NCBI RefSeq assembly: GCF_018350175.1 | Contig: NC_058373.1 | Location: 105,092,001 to 105,156,000 of the forward strand | Source: Felis catus | Taxonomy: Eukaryota | Direction: 5' to 3' | Length of the DNA stretch: 64,000 nucleotides | In this document: positions 63,877-64,000 of the stretch, one piece after another | Numbering within the stretch: position 1 is the first letter of the stretch | How the letters are laid out: each line of letters begins with the position of its first letter | The notes under the pieces: model-generated | The model's database searches: none | What the model was told of the DNA's origin: nothing | The model's input: only the letters and a program-made list of their open reading frames with translations | Made by a program: the position numbers and the translations under genes

Positions 63877-64000
63877 GTTGGTGCTTTCCAATGCTGGCTT
63901 TAGACAGCATAAATTTAGTTAATATTTTCAGCATTTTGTTGGCTTGATCATTTGTGTCAATTTAAAAATAAATTTGGTTTATTATGTTCTGAAAATAGCA

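Noticed and set aside
1..64000. Recurring ~200-nt repeats as a CRISPR-like or novel repeat system
   Set aside because: Irregularly spaced tRNA-derived SINEs with poly-A tails and TSDs; no repeat-spacer periodicity and no cas genes.

Overview
Mammalian genomic DNA from a felid, judged by dense CAN-SINEs including young SINEC_Fc-type copies. It is not prokaryotic: no CRISPR arrays, operons or rRNA. The window carries most of ARID4A (RBBP1) on the + strand. A CpG-island bidirectional promoter lies at about 8.3-10.8 kb, followed by 20 coding exons (10729-63876, 3319 nt, about 1106 codons, all GT-AG and phase-consistent by hand). These encode Tudor, PWWP-like RBB1NT, ARID, chromobarrel, AT-hook-like and LxCxE elements; the last exons lie beyond the window. 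Exon numbers assume one non-coding first exon. Upstream on the - strand is a spliced divergent transcript, the positional equivalent of PSMA3-AS1. Main observations: (1) four predicted exons of that 'lncRNA' splice into a 67-codon ORF from a strong Kozak ATG, with signs of exon duplication; (2) an intron-11 element with an RFX X-box and an ATG-bearing exon (MSDFYVEEN) that splices in frame to the ARID exons; (3) nine co-oriented CCAAT boxes; (4) an HSPE1 retrocopy abutting the exon-21 acceptor; (5) a tailless tRNA-Thr 5'-half retro-insertion; (6) a Trp-to-Gly change in the PWWP-like motif; (7) several candidate poison exons or alternative donors. Comparisons with human ARID4A, HSPE1, tRNA and repeat consensi are from memory, not database searches. 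Repeat boundaries are approximate.
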